Source: Solirubrobacterales bacterium (GTDB taxonomy: Bacteria > Actinomycetota > Thermoleophilia > Solirubrobacterales > 70-9). From it: DNA of 32,550 nucleotides. Position numbers and translations under genes: made by a program. The stretch lies in the NCBI GenBank assembly GCA_035704205.1, contig DASSXC010000249.1, positions 1 to 32,550 on the forward strand, given 5' to 3'. Below the pieces are notes generated by a model, which did not search any database, had not been told where the DNA came from, and was given only the letters and a program-made list of their open reading frames with translations. Shown piece by piece: positions 16,299 to 25,247 of the stretch; the stretch's first letter is position 1; the number at the start of each line of letters is the position of its first letter.

Positions 16299-16464
16299 CC
16301 CGAGCGTGGTCCCAATCTTCCCAGAAGCGACGGACCTCAATCCCATGCGGAAGCGGAGTTCGATTTCGCACCTTGACAAGCGGTCTATCAATCAGCATAG
16401 GATGGGCACTTATGACTGTTAGGAATCTCTTGTTCAAACACCAGTATCTGAACGGGGTGTAATT

Positions 16465-16863
16465 ATGTCTTTGCTAGATGGATTGTTCGGTGTGCCGAAG
16501 GCGAGCGGCGACAGCGGCAGCGAAGTGATCAAGGCGCGCGAGTTCGACATCACCCAGTACGGCAAGAAGCTCACGGTGCTGATCGCCGTCCTCGTCCCGG
16601 CAATCGTCGCCGCGCTGAAAGCGCTCGGCGTCAAGGAAATCTCAGAGACGATGGTGATTGCTTCGCTTGCGGTCACCGCGATCGCGGTCTTCTGCGCCAC
16701 CCTCCTGATGGCGGTCGACATGCTCTCCAGGGCGCTCGTTACCCGTCAACCCAAACCAACATCCCCTCCGGCCAAGGCAAGCGGTGCCAACGACGACGAC
16801 GAGCTGGACCCAGACACCGTGCGGGTCGAAAAGACGACCGAAACTCGCCTCTCTCGAGCCTAG
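16465..16863 (+). CDS. Small membrane protein, unknown function
   Basis: Two hydrophobic helices, a good GC3 pattern and an AT-rich promoter-like region upstream. The stop lies 5 nt before the next start. Confidence 0.5.
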   Translation: MSLLDGLFGVPKASGDSGSEVIKAREFDITQYGKKLTVLIAVLVPAIVAALKALGVKEISETMVIASLAVTAIAVFCATLLMAVDMLSRALVTRQPKPTSPPAKASGANDDDELDPDTVRVEKTTETRLSRA

Positions 16864-16868
16864 CCGCC

Positions 16869-18362
16869 GTGCGCGCCCCGGCGGGAGGGAGCACGGCGGC
16901 GCTCCATCCATCCTCTCCACTCGACGGGATCGAGAACATCGTCGTCCTGATGATGGAGAACCGCTCCTTCGATCAGATGTTGGGCTACCTGACGAAGGCC
17001 GGGATGCCGAAGGTGAACGGGCTCAGCGGGGGTGAGGTCAACTACGACGCGAACGGCAAGCCCTACCCGTCCTACGCCTTCGCCGCGGGCGAAACCGCCT
17101 TCCGCCTGCCTGGCAAAGACGTCAAGGCGCTTGACCCCTGCCATTCACCGAGCTGTGTCGAGGAACAACTCGCCGCCGGTAACAGCGGCTTCGTCAAGAA
17201 CTTCATCAAGGAGAAGAACCCACCGCCGGACAAACGCAAGATCGTCATGGGCCACTACACGGCCGAGCAGCTCCCGGTCTATGACTTCCTCGCCCGCAAC
17301 TACTGCGTCTGTGACGCCTGGCACTCCTCGATTCCCGGCGACACCTGGCCCAACCGGCTCTTCGCGCTCGCCGGGACCGACGCGCCCGAACCGGTCGGCC
17401 ACGAGCCCGACCGGCTGCGGCGCTTCCTGCGCTGGGCGGCCGGCGTCCCCTTCGTCAAGGGCCTGGGCAAGGCGCCCATCTTCGAGGTCGAAGCCTTCAC
17501 CCGGCAGCTGCGCGACCGGGACTGGCGCTGGTACTCGCACGACCCGGCAACCCTGCGCGCCGCCGACGGCGCCTACCGGAACTTCCGCAAGCTGAACCGG
17601 GACAACTTCGCCTTCTTCGACCGCAGGAAGGTGAGCGTGCTGACCGAGGCGCTCGAGTCGCAGATCGTCGGCCACAACAGCTTCCTCGACGACGCCGCGG
17701 CCGGCACGCTGCGGCCGGTCTCCTGGATCGACCCCAACTTCTTCGACCTCAGGGTCCTCGACCCCAATTCCGACGACGACCACCCGCCCTCCGACGTGCG
17801 TGCCGGCCAAGCCCTGGTGCTCGAGGTCTACGAGGCGCTGGTCAACGGTCCGCAGTGGGAGAACACGATGCTGGTCATCACCTACGACGAGCACGGTGGC
17901 TTCTACGACCACGTCGAGCCACCCGCGGCCCCGGCCGACGAATCGGGACGCAAGACCCTCGGCGTTCGCGTCCCGGCGCTCGTCGTCGGTTCGCGGGTGC
18001 GCAAAGGCGTCTGCAAGGAGACGCTCGAGCACACCGCCCTGCCGAAGACGATCCTCAGCCGCTTCGCCCCCCAGCCCGCGGAGCTGGCCCTGGCCCAGAT
18101 GCCCCCCAGCGTGCGAAAGGCCCGCGATCTGAGCGGGGTGCTGCTCGGTTCGCCACGGGACGACATCCCCGACCATGCCTTCCTGCACGAGAAGATCGAC
18201 GCCTGGCGAGACAGGGCACGGCGTGACCACCGCGCCGAGGGGCCCCGATCGCCGGCCTCCGAAGGCGCGGGACAACCGCTTGTCCTGCATGACTTCCAGG
18301 ATGAATTCGCCCAGTTCGCCCTGGCGATGCGGGACCTGGGCCTGCCGCCCGGGCAGCCTTAG
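16869..18362 (+). CDS. Phosphoesterase family protein (phospholipase C / acid phosphatase AcpA family), no signal peptide
   Basis: N-terminal signature IENIVVLMMENRSFDQMLGYL, plus ITYDEHGGFYDHV and GVRVPALVV. No Tat/Sec signal or TM segment precedes the catalytic core. Confidence 0.85.
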   Translation: MRAPAGGSTAALHPSSPLDGIENIVVLMMENRSFDQMLGYLTKAGMPKVNGLSGGEVNYDANGKPYPSYAFAAGETAFRLPGKDVKALDPCHSPSCVEEQLAAGNSGFVKNFIKEKNPPPDKRKIVMGHYTAEQLPVYDFLARNYCVCDAWHSSIPGDTWPNRLFALAGTDAPEPVGHEPDRLRRFLRWAAGVPFVKGLGKAPIFEVEAFTRQLRDRDWRWYSHDPATLRAADGAYRNFRKLNRDNFAFFDRRKVSVLTEALESQIVGHNSFLDDAAAGTLRPVSWIDPNFFDLRVLDPNSDDDHPPSDVRAGQALVLEVYEALVNGPQWENTMLVITYDEHGGFYDHVEPPAAPADESGRKTLGVRVPALVVGSRVRKGVCKETLEHTALPKTILSRFAPQPAELALAQMPPSVRKARDLSGVLLGSPRDDIPDHAFLHEKIDAWRDRARRDHRAEGPRSPASEGAGQPLVLHDFQDEFAQFALAMRDLGLPPGQP

Positions 18363-18372
18363 CGGGGCGGCG

Positions 18373-19074
18373 TCAACGAGCCGGTGGCGCCTGCTCGGGG
18401 TGCGACGCGTCCTCGAACTCGCGGAAGAGCCCGGTGACGACGAAGGCGACCTGCTCGCCGATATCGACGGCGTTGTCGCCGATCCGCTCGATCGCCCGGG
18501 CGGCTAGCAACATCGTCATCGCCCACTCCCGGGAGTCGGGGTCGTCGCCGATCTCCAGCGCCAGGCGGAAGCACTCGCGATTGAGGTTGTCGACCACGTC
18601 GTCCTGGCGGACCAGGTCGCGCGCCATCTCGACGTTGCGTTCCTCGAAGGCGCGCTTCGATTGGCTGATCAGCGTACGCGCCTGCTGGCCCATGGTCAGG
18701 ATCAGCTTCACCATCTCCTCGTCGGCCGGCGGCTCGTTGCCGGTCAGCGGGATCATCTTGCAGATGTTCACGCACTGGTCGCCCATCCGCTCGACGTTCT
18801 TCAGCACGTGCAGCAGGGCCGAGATCAGGCGCAGGTCGGTTGCCACCGGCGACTGCGTCGCGAGCAGCGTGATCAACGCCTGATGCACCTCCAGGTAGCG
18901 GCCGTCGATGCGATCGTCGTCGGCGATGACGATCTGGGCGAGCTCGACGTCTTGGTGCTCGACCGTTTCGAGCGTGCGCCCCAGCGCCGCACTGGCCAAG
19001 TCGAGCCCGCCGAGAGCGCTGGCCTCGAGCTGCTCCAATTCCTCCTGATAGTGGACCCGCGTCTGCTCGGCCAT
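18373..19074 (-). CDS. phoU: Phosphate signalling complex protein PhoU
   Basis: Two PhoU repeats (ERMGDQCVNICK and ERIGDNAVDIGE). Lies immediately after pstB. Confidence 0.9.
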   Translation of the reverse strand: MAEQTRVHYQEELEQLEASALGGLDLASAALGRTLETVEHQDVELAQIVIADDDRIDGRYLEVHQALITLLATQSPVATDLRLISALLHVLKNVERMGDQCVNICKMIPLTGNEPPADEEMVKLILTMGQQARTLISQSKRAFEERNVEMARDLVRQDDVVDNLNRECFRLALEIGDDPDSREWAMTMLLAARAIERIGDNAVDIGEQVAFVVTGLFREFEDASHPEQAPPAR

Positions 19075-19082
19075 CTGGACCC

Positions 19083-19988
19083 CTAGCCGACTTTGCCGGA
19101 GACGTAGTCCTCGGTGCGCTGGTCGGCCGGGTTGGTGAAGATCCTCTCGGTCTCGTCGTACTCGACCAGCCTGCCCCAGCGGTTGTCCTCGTCGGCGTCG
19201 AGCTCGACCATCAGGAAGGCGGTCCGGTCGGAGACGCGCGCCGCCTGCTGCATGTTGTGGGTGACGATCACGATCGAGAAGTCCTTCTTCAACTCGATCA
19301 TCAGGTCCTCGATCTTCCCGGTCGAGATCGGATCGAGCGCCGAGCAGGGCTCGTCCATCAGGATCGTGTCGGGGTTCACCGCGATGCAGCGGGCAATGCA
19401 GAGGCGCTGCTGCTGGCCGCCGGAGAGGCCGAAGGCGTTGTCGTCGAGGCGGTCCTTGACCTCATCCCAGAGCGCCGCTCCACGCAGGGCCTCCTCGACG
19501 GTACTGTCGAGATCGTCCTTTTCGCCGAGGATGCGGGGGCCGAAGGCGACGTTGTCGTAGATCGACTTCGGGAAGGGGTTCGGTTTCTGGAAGACCATCC
19601 CGATCAGCTTGCGGACCTGGACCGGGTCGACCGTCGGGCCATAGAGGTCCTCGCCGTGGTAGAGCAGCTCGCCCTGCACTTCCGCCCCGGGGATGAGGTC
19701 GTTCATCCGGTTGAGGCAGCGCAGCAGGGTGCTCTTGCCGCAGCCGGAGGGGCCGATCAGCGCCGTCACGTCGTTGCGGTGGATGTCCATCGAGATGTCG
19801 CGGACAGCGGTCACGCCGCTGTAGTGGACCCCGGCGCCCTTCAGCTCGAAGACCTTCTCCCGCTTGCCCGCGGCGCCGTGGCGAAACTCACCGGGCCGGA
19901 CCGCGATCGCCGCACGCTCCGCCGCCGCTTCCCGACTGGAGCGCCCGGTTTCGGCTCTGCTCTCGTCCTGGGCCATCTTCTCGCTCAC
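19083..19988 (-). CDS. pstB: Phosphate ABC transporter ATP-binding protein PstB
   Basis: Walker [10 protein letters not shown], signature [13 protein letters not shown], Walker B ILMDEP. GTG 19988 is preceded by AAGGGGA. Confidence 0.95.
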   Translation of the reverse strand: MSEKMAQDESRAETGRSSREAAAERAAIAVRPGEFRHGAAGKREKVFELKGAGVHYSGVTAVRDISMDIHRNDVTALIGPSGCGKSTLLRCLNRMNDLIPGAEVQGELLYHGEDLYGPTVDPVQVRKLIGMVFQKPNPFPKSIYDNVAFGPRILGEKDDLDSTVEEALRGAALWDEVKDRLDDNAFGLSGGQQQRLCIARCIAVNPDTILMDEPCSALDPISTGKIEDLMIELKKDFSIVIVTHNMQQAARVSDRTAFLMVELDADEDNRWGRLVEYDETERIFTNPADQRTEDYVSGKVG

Positions 19989-19998
19989 TCTATTCCCC

Positions 19999-20940
19999 TT
20001 ACCACCGCTGCTCGTAACGATTTCGTAGCCAGATCGCGACCGAGTTCATCGCCAGCAGGACGACGAGCATCACGATGATGCCCGCCGCAGCAAGCGCCTG
20101 GAACTCCTCCTGGGGGCGCGTCGCGTAGTTGTAGATCTGCACCGGCAGCGCCGTATAGCCGCCGCTGAGGGGCTCCGGATCGAAGGTCACGAACGCCGCG
20201 GCGCCGACGAGCAGCAGCGGCGCTGCCTCCCCCAGGGCTCGCGAGACGGCGAGGATGATCCCGGTGATGATTCCGGGGATCGAGGCGGGTAGCACCTGAC
20301 GGCGAATCGTCTGCCACTTGGTCGCGCCGAGGGCAAGCGAGCCCTGGCGGATCGAGTCGGGCACGGCGCGGATCGCCTCGCGGGCGGCGATGATCACCAT
20401 CGGCAGCACCAGCAGCGCCAGGGTGAGCGAGCCCGCAGCGAGGACGAAGCCGAGGTCGAGCGGCCCCCGCACGACGAAGCCCAGCCCGAGGATTCCGTAG
20501 ATGATCGCGGGGACCGCGGCGAGGTTCTGGATATTGACCTCGATCAGGCGGTTCCACCAACGGGTCTTGTCGGCGTACTCCTCCAGGTAGAGCGCGGCGC
20601 CAACCCCGATCGGCACGACAAAGAGGATCACGCCGGCGATCAGCTCGAGGGAGCCGATGATCGCCGGGCGGAAACCCGCGTTCTCGGGGCGAATCGACGA
20701 TGGCCCGTTGGTGAAGAGATCGAGGCTGAACGCCGGGGCCCCTTTGACGAAGGCCTGGACGAGCAGGGCGATCAAGCCCGCCAGGGCGATCAGGATCGCC
20801 AGCAGAAGCAGCCCCGCGAAGACCATGTTGCGGATCACGTCTCCCCGCGGCTGGTTGCTCAGCATCGCCCGCGTCGTCGCCTGGGCGCCGGCAACCGCCA
20901 GGCGATTACGCGGCGCGGCCGCCCCCGACTCCACCATCAC
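19999..20940 (-). CDS. pstA: Phosphate ABC transporter permease PstA
   Basis: Polytopic, with EAA-loop region [16 protein letters not shown] overlap with pstC. Confidence 0.9.
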   Translation of the reverse strand: MMVESGAAAPRNRLAVAGAQATTRAMLSNQPRGDVIRNMVFAGLLLLAILIALAGLIALLVQAFVKGAPAFSLDLFTNGPSSIRPENAGFRPAIIGSLELIAGVILFVVPIGVGAALYLEEYADKTRWWNRLIEVNIQNLAAVPAIIYGILGLGFVVRGPLDLGFVLAAGSLTLALLVLPMVIIAAREAIRAVPDSIRQGSLALGATKWQTIRRQVLPASIPGIITGIILAVSRALGEAAPLLLVGAAAFVTFDPEPLSGGYTALPVQIYNYATRPQEEFQALAAAGIIVMLVVLLAMNSVAIWLRNRYEQRW

Positions 20941-21908
20941 TCGTAGACCTCGCGGTACTTGCGGACCAGCCTGATGCTGATCACGTTCATCGCCAGGGTG
21001 AGCAGGAAGAGCAACGTGCCGACCGCAAAGACCGACTTGTAGCTGATCGAGCCGGCCGGAATGTCGCCGGTCGCGGTGACGGCGATGTAGGAGGTCATCG
21101 CCTGGATCGGCTCGACCGGGTTGAGGGTGAAGTTGGGGGTCGATCCACCGGCAAGAAGGACGATCATCGTCTCGCCGAGGGCGCGTGAGATCGCCAGCAC
21201 GATCGAGGCGACGATGCCCGAGAGCGCCGCCGGAAAGACGACCCTGGTCGACACCTCCATCCTCGTCGCGCCCATCGCGTAAGCCCCTTCGCGCAACCCA
21301 CGCGGGACAGAGGACATCGCGTCCTCGGAGATCGAGGCGATGATCGGGACGATCATCAGGCCGATGCCAAGCCCGGCGGCAAGCGCCATGAACGGCTTGC
21401 CGACCGCGCCGCCGAAGAGGTCACCGGGCCAGAGCGGCTGGATGATCTGCGGCAGGATGAAGGTGACGGCGAAGAAGCCGATCGCCACGGTCGGGATGCC
21501 GGCAAGGATCTCGAGAGTCGGCTTGAGCGTCTTGCGCACCCGTGGCGACGCGTACTCGCTGAGGTAGATCGCCGACCCGAGGCCAATCGGAATTGCGAAC
21601 AACATCGCCCAGAGGGTGACGCTGACGGTGCCGGCGACGGTCGCCAGCACGCCGAAGCTGGGCGGCTCGAACTGAGGCGTCCAGTCGGTCCCGAAGAGGA
21701 AGTCGCCGATCGGGACGACTTCGAAGAAGCCGATCGTCGGTCCGATCAGGATGACGACGATCGCCGTCGTCGTCAGCACCGAGAGGATGCCGCAGAGCGC
21801 AAGGACGCCCTGGATCGCCTTCTCGCCGTAGCGGCGGCCAGACGCCTGGAGCCGGCCGGGGGGACCCCCGGCCGGCTCCAGAGTCGTCTCGCCGCCAGCG
21901 CCGATCAC
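20937..21908 (-). CDS. pstC: Phosphate ABC transporter permease PstC
   Basis: Polytopic, with EAA-loop region ISRALGETM. Positioned between pstS and pstA. Confidence 0.9.
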   Translation of the reverse strand: MIGAGGETTLEPAGGPPGRLQASGRRYGEKAIQGVLALCGILSVLTTTAIVVILIGPTIGFFEVVPIGDFLFGTDWTPQFEPPSFGVLATVAGTVSVTLWAMLFAIPIGLGSAIYLSEYASPRVRKTLKPTLEILAGIPTVAIGFFAVTFILPQIIQPLWPGDLFGGAVGKPFMALAAGLGIGLMIVPIIASISEDAMSSVPRGLREGAYAMGATRMEVSTRVVFPAALSGIVASIVLAISRALGETMIVLLAGGSTPNFTLNPVEPIQAMTSYIAVTATGDIPAGSISYKSVFAVGTLLFLLTLAMNVISIRLVRKYREVYE

Positions 21909-21923
21909 GAGCCGCGGATGGCG

Positions 21924-22883
21924 CTAGACGCCGGCCTTTTCCGCTGCCGCTTCGGACTCTTCCAGCTGCTCGTCGGTCAAGGGCACGAAGCCGACCGCTT
22001 CGGCAATGCCGTTGACGTTCGCGAGGTAGTAGTCGACGAACGCCCTGACCTCCGGCTTTTTCAGCGCCGCGTCGCTCGGGTAGATGAGCAGCGGCCGGCT
22101 GAGCGGCGCGTAGGAGCCGTCCTGGGCCGTTTCGACCGAGGGGCCGACGCAGCCTTTGCCGTTGTCGACTTCCAGCGCTTTCAGCTTGCCTTCGTTCTCG
22201 GTGTAGTAGGAGAAGCCGGCGTAGCCCATGCCGCCGGGAGCGCCCTCGACGCCGGTCACGGTGGCGTTGTCGTTCTCGCCGACGTTGTTGTAGTCCTTGC
22301 GGGTGGCGCCCTCTTCACCGTTGATTTCCTCGGTGAAGTAGTCGAAGGTGCCGGAGTCGGTGCCGGGGCCGAAGAGCGCCAGCTCCTCGTCGAATTCCTC
22401 GCTCAGGCCGGGAATTTCATTCCAGTTGGAGAGCTTCGAGTCGGGGCCCCAGACGGCGCTGAGCTGGTCGACGGTGAGGCAGCTGACCGGGTTTTCGTTG
22501 TTGATCATCACGGTCAGAGCGTCGGTGGCGACGTGAACGTCCTCGTAGCCGATCCCGCCCTTCTTGCAGGCTTCTTCCTCTTCGGGCTCGATCGCGCGCG
22601 AGGCGTCGCTGATGTCGGTTTCGCCGGCGCAGAATTTTTCGAAGCCGCCGCCGGTGCCCGCGGTCCCGACGGTCACCTTGACGTCCGGGTTTTCCGCCTG
22701 GAATTCCTCGGCGATCGCTTCGGTGAGGGGCGCAACCGTGCTCGATCCGTCGATGCGGATGGAGCCCGAAAGATCGCCGCCGCCACTGCCGCTCGCGTCG
22801 TCATCGCTGCTGCCGCACGCCGCTACCCCGAACGCCAGCACAGCGACGGAAGCGACGACCATGAGCCACCTAGAGCTAGTCAC
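21924..22883 (-). CDS. pstS: Phosphate-binding lipoprotein PstS
   Basis: Signal with lipobox ([14 protein letters not shown]) and the motif [13 protein letters not shown] 22883 with AAGGAG 6 nt upstream is preferred over the track start 22907. Confidence 0.9.
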   Translation of the reverse strand: MTSSRWLMVVASVAVLAFGVAACGSSDDDASGSGGGDLSGSIRIDGSSTVAPLTEAIAEEFQAENPDVKVTVGTAGTGGGFEKFCAGETDISDASRAIEPEEEEACKKGGIGYEDVHVATDALTVMINNENPVSCLTVDQLSAVWGPDSKLSNWNEIPGLSEEFDEELALFGPGTDSGTFDYFTEEINGEEGATRKDYNNVGENDNATVTGVEGAPGGMGYAGFSYYTENEGKLKALEVDNGKGCVGPSVETAQDGSYAPLSRPLLIYPSDAALKKPEVRAFVDYYLANVNGIAEAVGFVPLTDEQLEESEAAAEKAGV

Positions 22884-22969
22884 TCTGTCTCCTTCTCGTT
22901 TGTTCACTCCGGCCGCCGACCTGAACAGGCCGACTTCGCCGCCAGCCTCGCAGCGGCTCCGTGACAGCT

Positions 22970-23008
22970 TGTTACTCGCCTGTATCGCGGATGTGAAAAA
23001 GATGTAAA
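22970..23008 (-). promoter_or_regulatory. Pho-box-like array: four hexamers at exact 11-bp phasing upstream of pstS
   Basis: Minus strand reads TTTACA-N5-TTCACA-N5-GATACA-N5-GTAACA (plus-strand TGT at 22970, 22981, 22992, 23003). The array lies 87-125 nt 5' of the pstS start. Confidence 0.5.
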
Positions 23009-23024
23009 AGCGAGAAACGGCCTG

Positions 23025-23810
23025 TTACGCGGCCGTGAGATCGCCGTGCACCGGCGCCAGGTCCGCTGCCGGCGCGGCCTCGGGAGCGGCCTGAGCGGCG
23101 CCGTCGACCGGCTCGGGGTCGAAGCGATAGCCGACGCCGAAGTGGGTGTGGATGTAGCCCCAGCCGGGCGAGAGCTTCTCCAGCTTCTGGCGCAGCTTGC
23201 GGATGAAGACGTCGACCGAACGATCGCCGTGAGCCATGGCGTAACCCCAGACGCGCTGGTAGATCGCCTCGCGCTCGAGCACCTGGCCCTTTGAGTCGGC
23301 GAGGAGCTGGAGCAGCTCGAACTCGCGCCTGGTCAGGTCGAGGCTTACTTCGCCGACGAAGGCCTGGAAGCGATCGGAGCGGATCGCCAGCTCGCCGGCC
23401 ACCAGCGGGCCGGTTTCGGCCTGCGGGCGAGCGCGGCGGCGTCGGCGCGAGACGGCTTCGAGGCGGGCGATCGCCTCTTCGGGATGGCATGGCTTGGTGA
23501 TCCAGTCGTCGATCCCAAGCCGCAATCCACGGACCCGCTGGGCGACGGTCGAGCGGCCGGTGCAGACGACCACGCCGAGGTCGGGGAGCATCCCGCAGAT
23601 CCGCTCCAGGTAGGACCAAGAATCGTCGCCGAGCACGGCCGGGTCGACCAGCAGGGCGTTCAGCTTCATCGCCACCATCTCCTCCGGCGGGATGGCTCCA
23701 CCAAGGGTGCGCTGCTGCCAGCCAGCCGCTTCGGTGCGCTTGGCCAGCACGGTCACGAAGCCGCTGTCGTTGTCGATAACCGCGAGCCTGATGGTCTGCT
23801 GAGAGTTCAC
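23025..23810 (-). CDS. OmpR/PhoB-family response regulator, no adjacent histidine kinase
   Basis: The receiver has VIDND, LLVD, VVVCTG and ITKP. The winged helix has LTRREFELLQLL, VDVFIRKLRQKLE and THFGVGYRF. A ~30-aa Ala/Pro-rich tail follows. Confidence 0.85.
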   Translation of the reverse strand: MNSQQTIRLAVIDNDSGFVTVLAKRTEAAGWQQRTLGGAIPPEEMVAMKLNALLVDPAVLGDDSWSYLERICGMLPDLGVVVCTGRSTVAQRVRGLRLGIDDWITKPCHPEEAIARLEAVSRRRRRARPQAETGPLVAGELAIRSDRFQAFVGEVSLDLTRREFELLQLLADSKGQVLEREAIYQRVWGYAMAHGDRSVDVFIRKLRQKLEKLSPGWGYIHTHFGVGYRFDPEPVDGAAQAAPEAAPAADLAPVHGDLTAA

Positions 23811-23876
23811 GGTGAGGGGTCCAGCACCAAGAGTGTATTCACACCCGCCGTCGGACCGCTGGAGGAAATCCCTGCT

Positions 23877-23893
23877 TTCACAGCTTTTTCACA
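23877..23893 (+). promoter_or_regulatory. Two perfect TTCACA hexamers 11 bp apart (Pho-box-like), upstream region of the regulator gene
   Basis: TTCACA at 23877-23882 and 23888-23893, each within TTTCACA, plus a third TTCACA at 23838-23843. They read on the plus strand, opposite in orientation to the pstS array. Confidence 0.4.
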
Positions 23894-24015
23894 ACTCGAA
23901 ACGCGCAATTTGCGAAATCGCTGCCAAAAACCGTCTCCAAGCCTTATCGGAATGTTCACCGAGAGCCGACGCATCGGGGGCAAGATGAAGTCCTCACGAG
24001 ACTCCTCTCTCGTCG

Positions 24016-24081
24016 CAAACGGCCCACCTGCCCTGGGCCGTTTGCATTCCTAGGAGCCCCCAGACCCCCGGGGCTCCTAGG
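24016..24081. terminator. Two tandem GC-rich hairpins after the uppP stop
   Basis: Hairpin 1 has an 11-bp perfect stem (CAAACGGCCCA / TGGGCCGTTTG, 24016-24044). Hairpin 2 has a 12-bp perfect stem (CCTAGGAGCCCC / GGGGCTCCTAGG, 24049-24081). Neither has a clear U-tract. Confidence 0.45.
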
Positions 24082-24086
24082 ACGTT

Positions 24087-24929
24087 CTAAAAAGTGGCGG
24101 GACGAAGCCCGGTCGCGATGATCAGGAGGATCGCGACGCCTGCCGCGTAGCGGTAGTAGACGAACGGGGCGTAGGAGGCGGTGCGGAGGAGACGGAGGAG
24201 GAAGGCGATCGCCAGGTAGCCGGAGATCGCGGCGGCGACGGTGCCGACGATCATCGGACCGGCGACCCCGCTCGGCAAGCCGTCGTGGATCGCGCTTGCC
24301 GCCTTGAAGACGGTCGCGCCGGCAACGGCTGGGATCAGCAAGAGAAAGGAGAAGCGCGCGGCGCTGTCGCGGTCGAGGCCGAGATAGCGGGCGGCGGTGA
24401 TCGTTATGCCCGAGCGTGAGGTGCCAGGAGCCAGCGCCAGGACTTGGGCGAGGCCGATGTACCAGCCGTCCTTGATCGAGGACTGATCGAGCGTCTTGCG
24501 CTGCGGCAGGCGATCGGCATAGAGCAGGAGGGCACCGAAGACGATCAGCTGGATGGCGATCATCCAGGGCTCCCCCAGATGCTCGTCGATGAAGCCGGAG
24601 CCAAGCCCACCGAAGATCACGGCGGGCACGGTACCGACCGCGATCGCGATCGAGAGGCGCTGGTCGGGGGTCTCGATCGCCCGCTGCCTCACAGCCTCGA
24701 CGAAGCCACGGGTCAGGGAGACGACCTCGCGCCGGAAGTAGGCGATCGCCGCGACCAGCGTGCCGGCGTGCAGGGCCACGTCGAAGGTCTTGTTGAACTC
24801 CGGGTGGTCGAGCAGGAACGTGTAGTCCTGCAGCCAGGGGACGATGATCAGGTGGCCCGAGGAGGAGATCGGCAGGAACTCGGTCAGCCCCTGGACGATC
24901 CCCAGCAGCAGGGCCTCTAGCTCAGACAT
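24087..24929 (-). CDS. uppP: Undecaprenyl-diphosphate phosphatase
   Basis: BacA/UppP motifs FLPISSSGHL and PGTSRSGITI. 8-TM size (280 aa). Confidence 0.9.
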   Translation of the reverse strand: MSELEALLLGIVQGLTEFLPISSSGHLIIVPWLQDYTFLLDHPEFNKTFDVALHAGTLVAAIAYFRREVVSLTRGFVEAVRQRAIETPDQRLSIAIAVGTVPAVIFGGLGSGFIDEHLGEPWMIAIQLIVFGALLLYADRLPQRKTLDQSSIKDGWYIGLAQVLALAPGTSRSGITITAARYLGLDRDSAARFSFLLLIPAVAGATVFKAASAIHDGLPSGVAGPMIVGTVAAAISGYLAIAFLLRLLRTASYAPFVYYRYAAGVAILLIIATGLRPATF

Positions 24930-24989
24930 GGCGGCGCATCCTATGGGAGAGGGTCAAGGGAATCTGAAGCTTCCGATAGATTTCCCGGC

Positions 24990-25247
24990 GTGATCAACCC
25001 CTCGCGCACCCATCGCATCGCTGCCGCTCTTTTCGCCGCGCTGACGATGCTGTTGCTTGTGGTGCCCGGAGCGCTGGCCGAGAACGGGGAGGGGTTGGCT
25101 GGGCGTGTCACCGACAAGACGGTGACGTTCTTCTGCTTTGGGGTGATTGCATTCTTTGCCGTGCTGGTCATCGTGCTGTCGCTGATCCAGGGCCGGCTCG
25201 AGAAGCGCAAGGAAATGCGCCAGCACACGCTCAACCGCCTCGGCTAG
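24990..25247 (+). CDS. Small secreted/membrane protein, unknown function
   Basis: Signal-like N-terminus plus one TM helix, with good GC3. The stop overlaps the convergent HD-gene stop (CTAG). Confidence 0.45.
   Translation: MINPSRTHRIAAALFAALTMLLLVVPGALAENGEGLAGRVTDKTVTFFCFGVIAFFAVLVIVLSLIQGRLEKRKEMRQHTLNRLG

Noticed and set aside
23952-24053. 33-codon ORF (MFTESRRIGGKMKSS...) in the regulator-uppP spacer.
   Set aside because: Only moderate GC3 bias, no ribosome-binding site seen, and its 3' part is formed by the terminator hairpins. It is kept only as a possibility inside the small-transcript finding.
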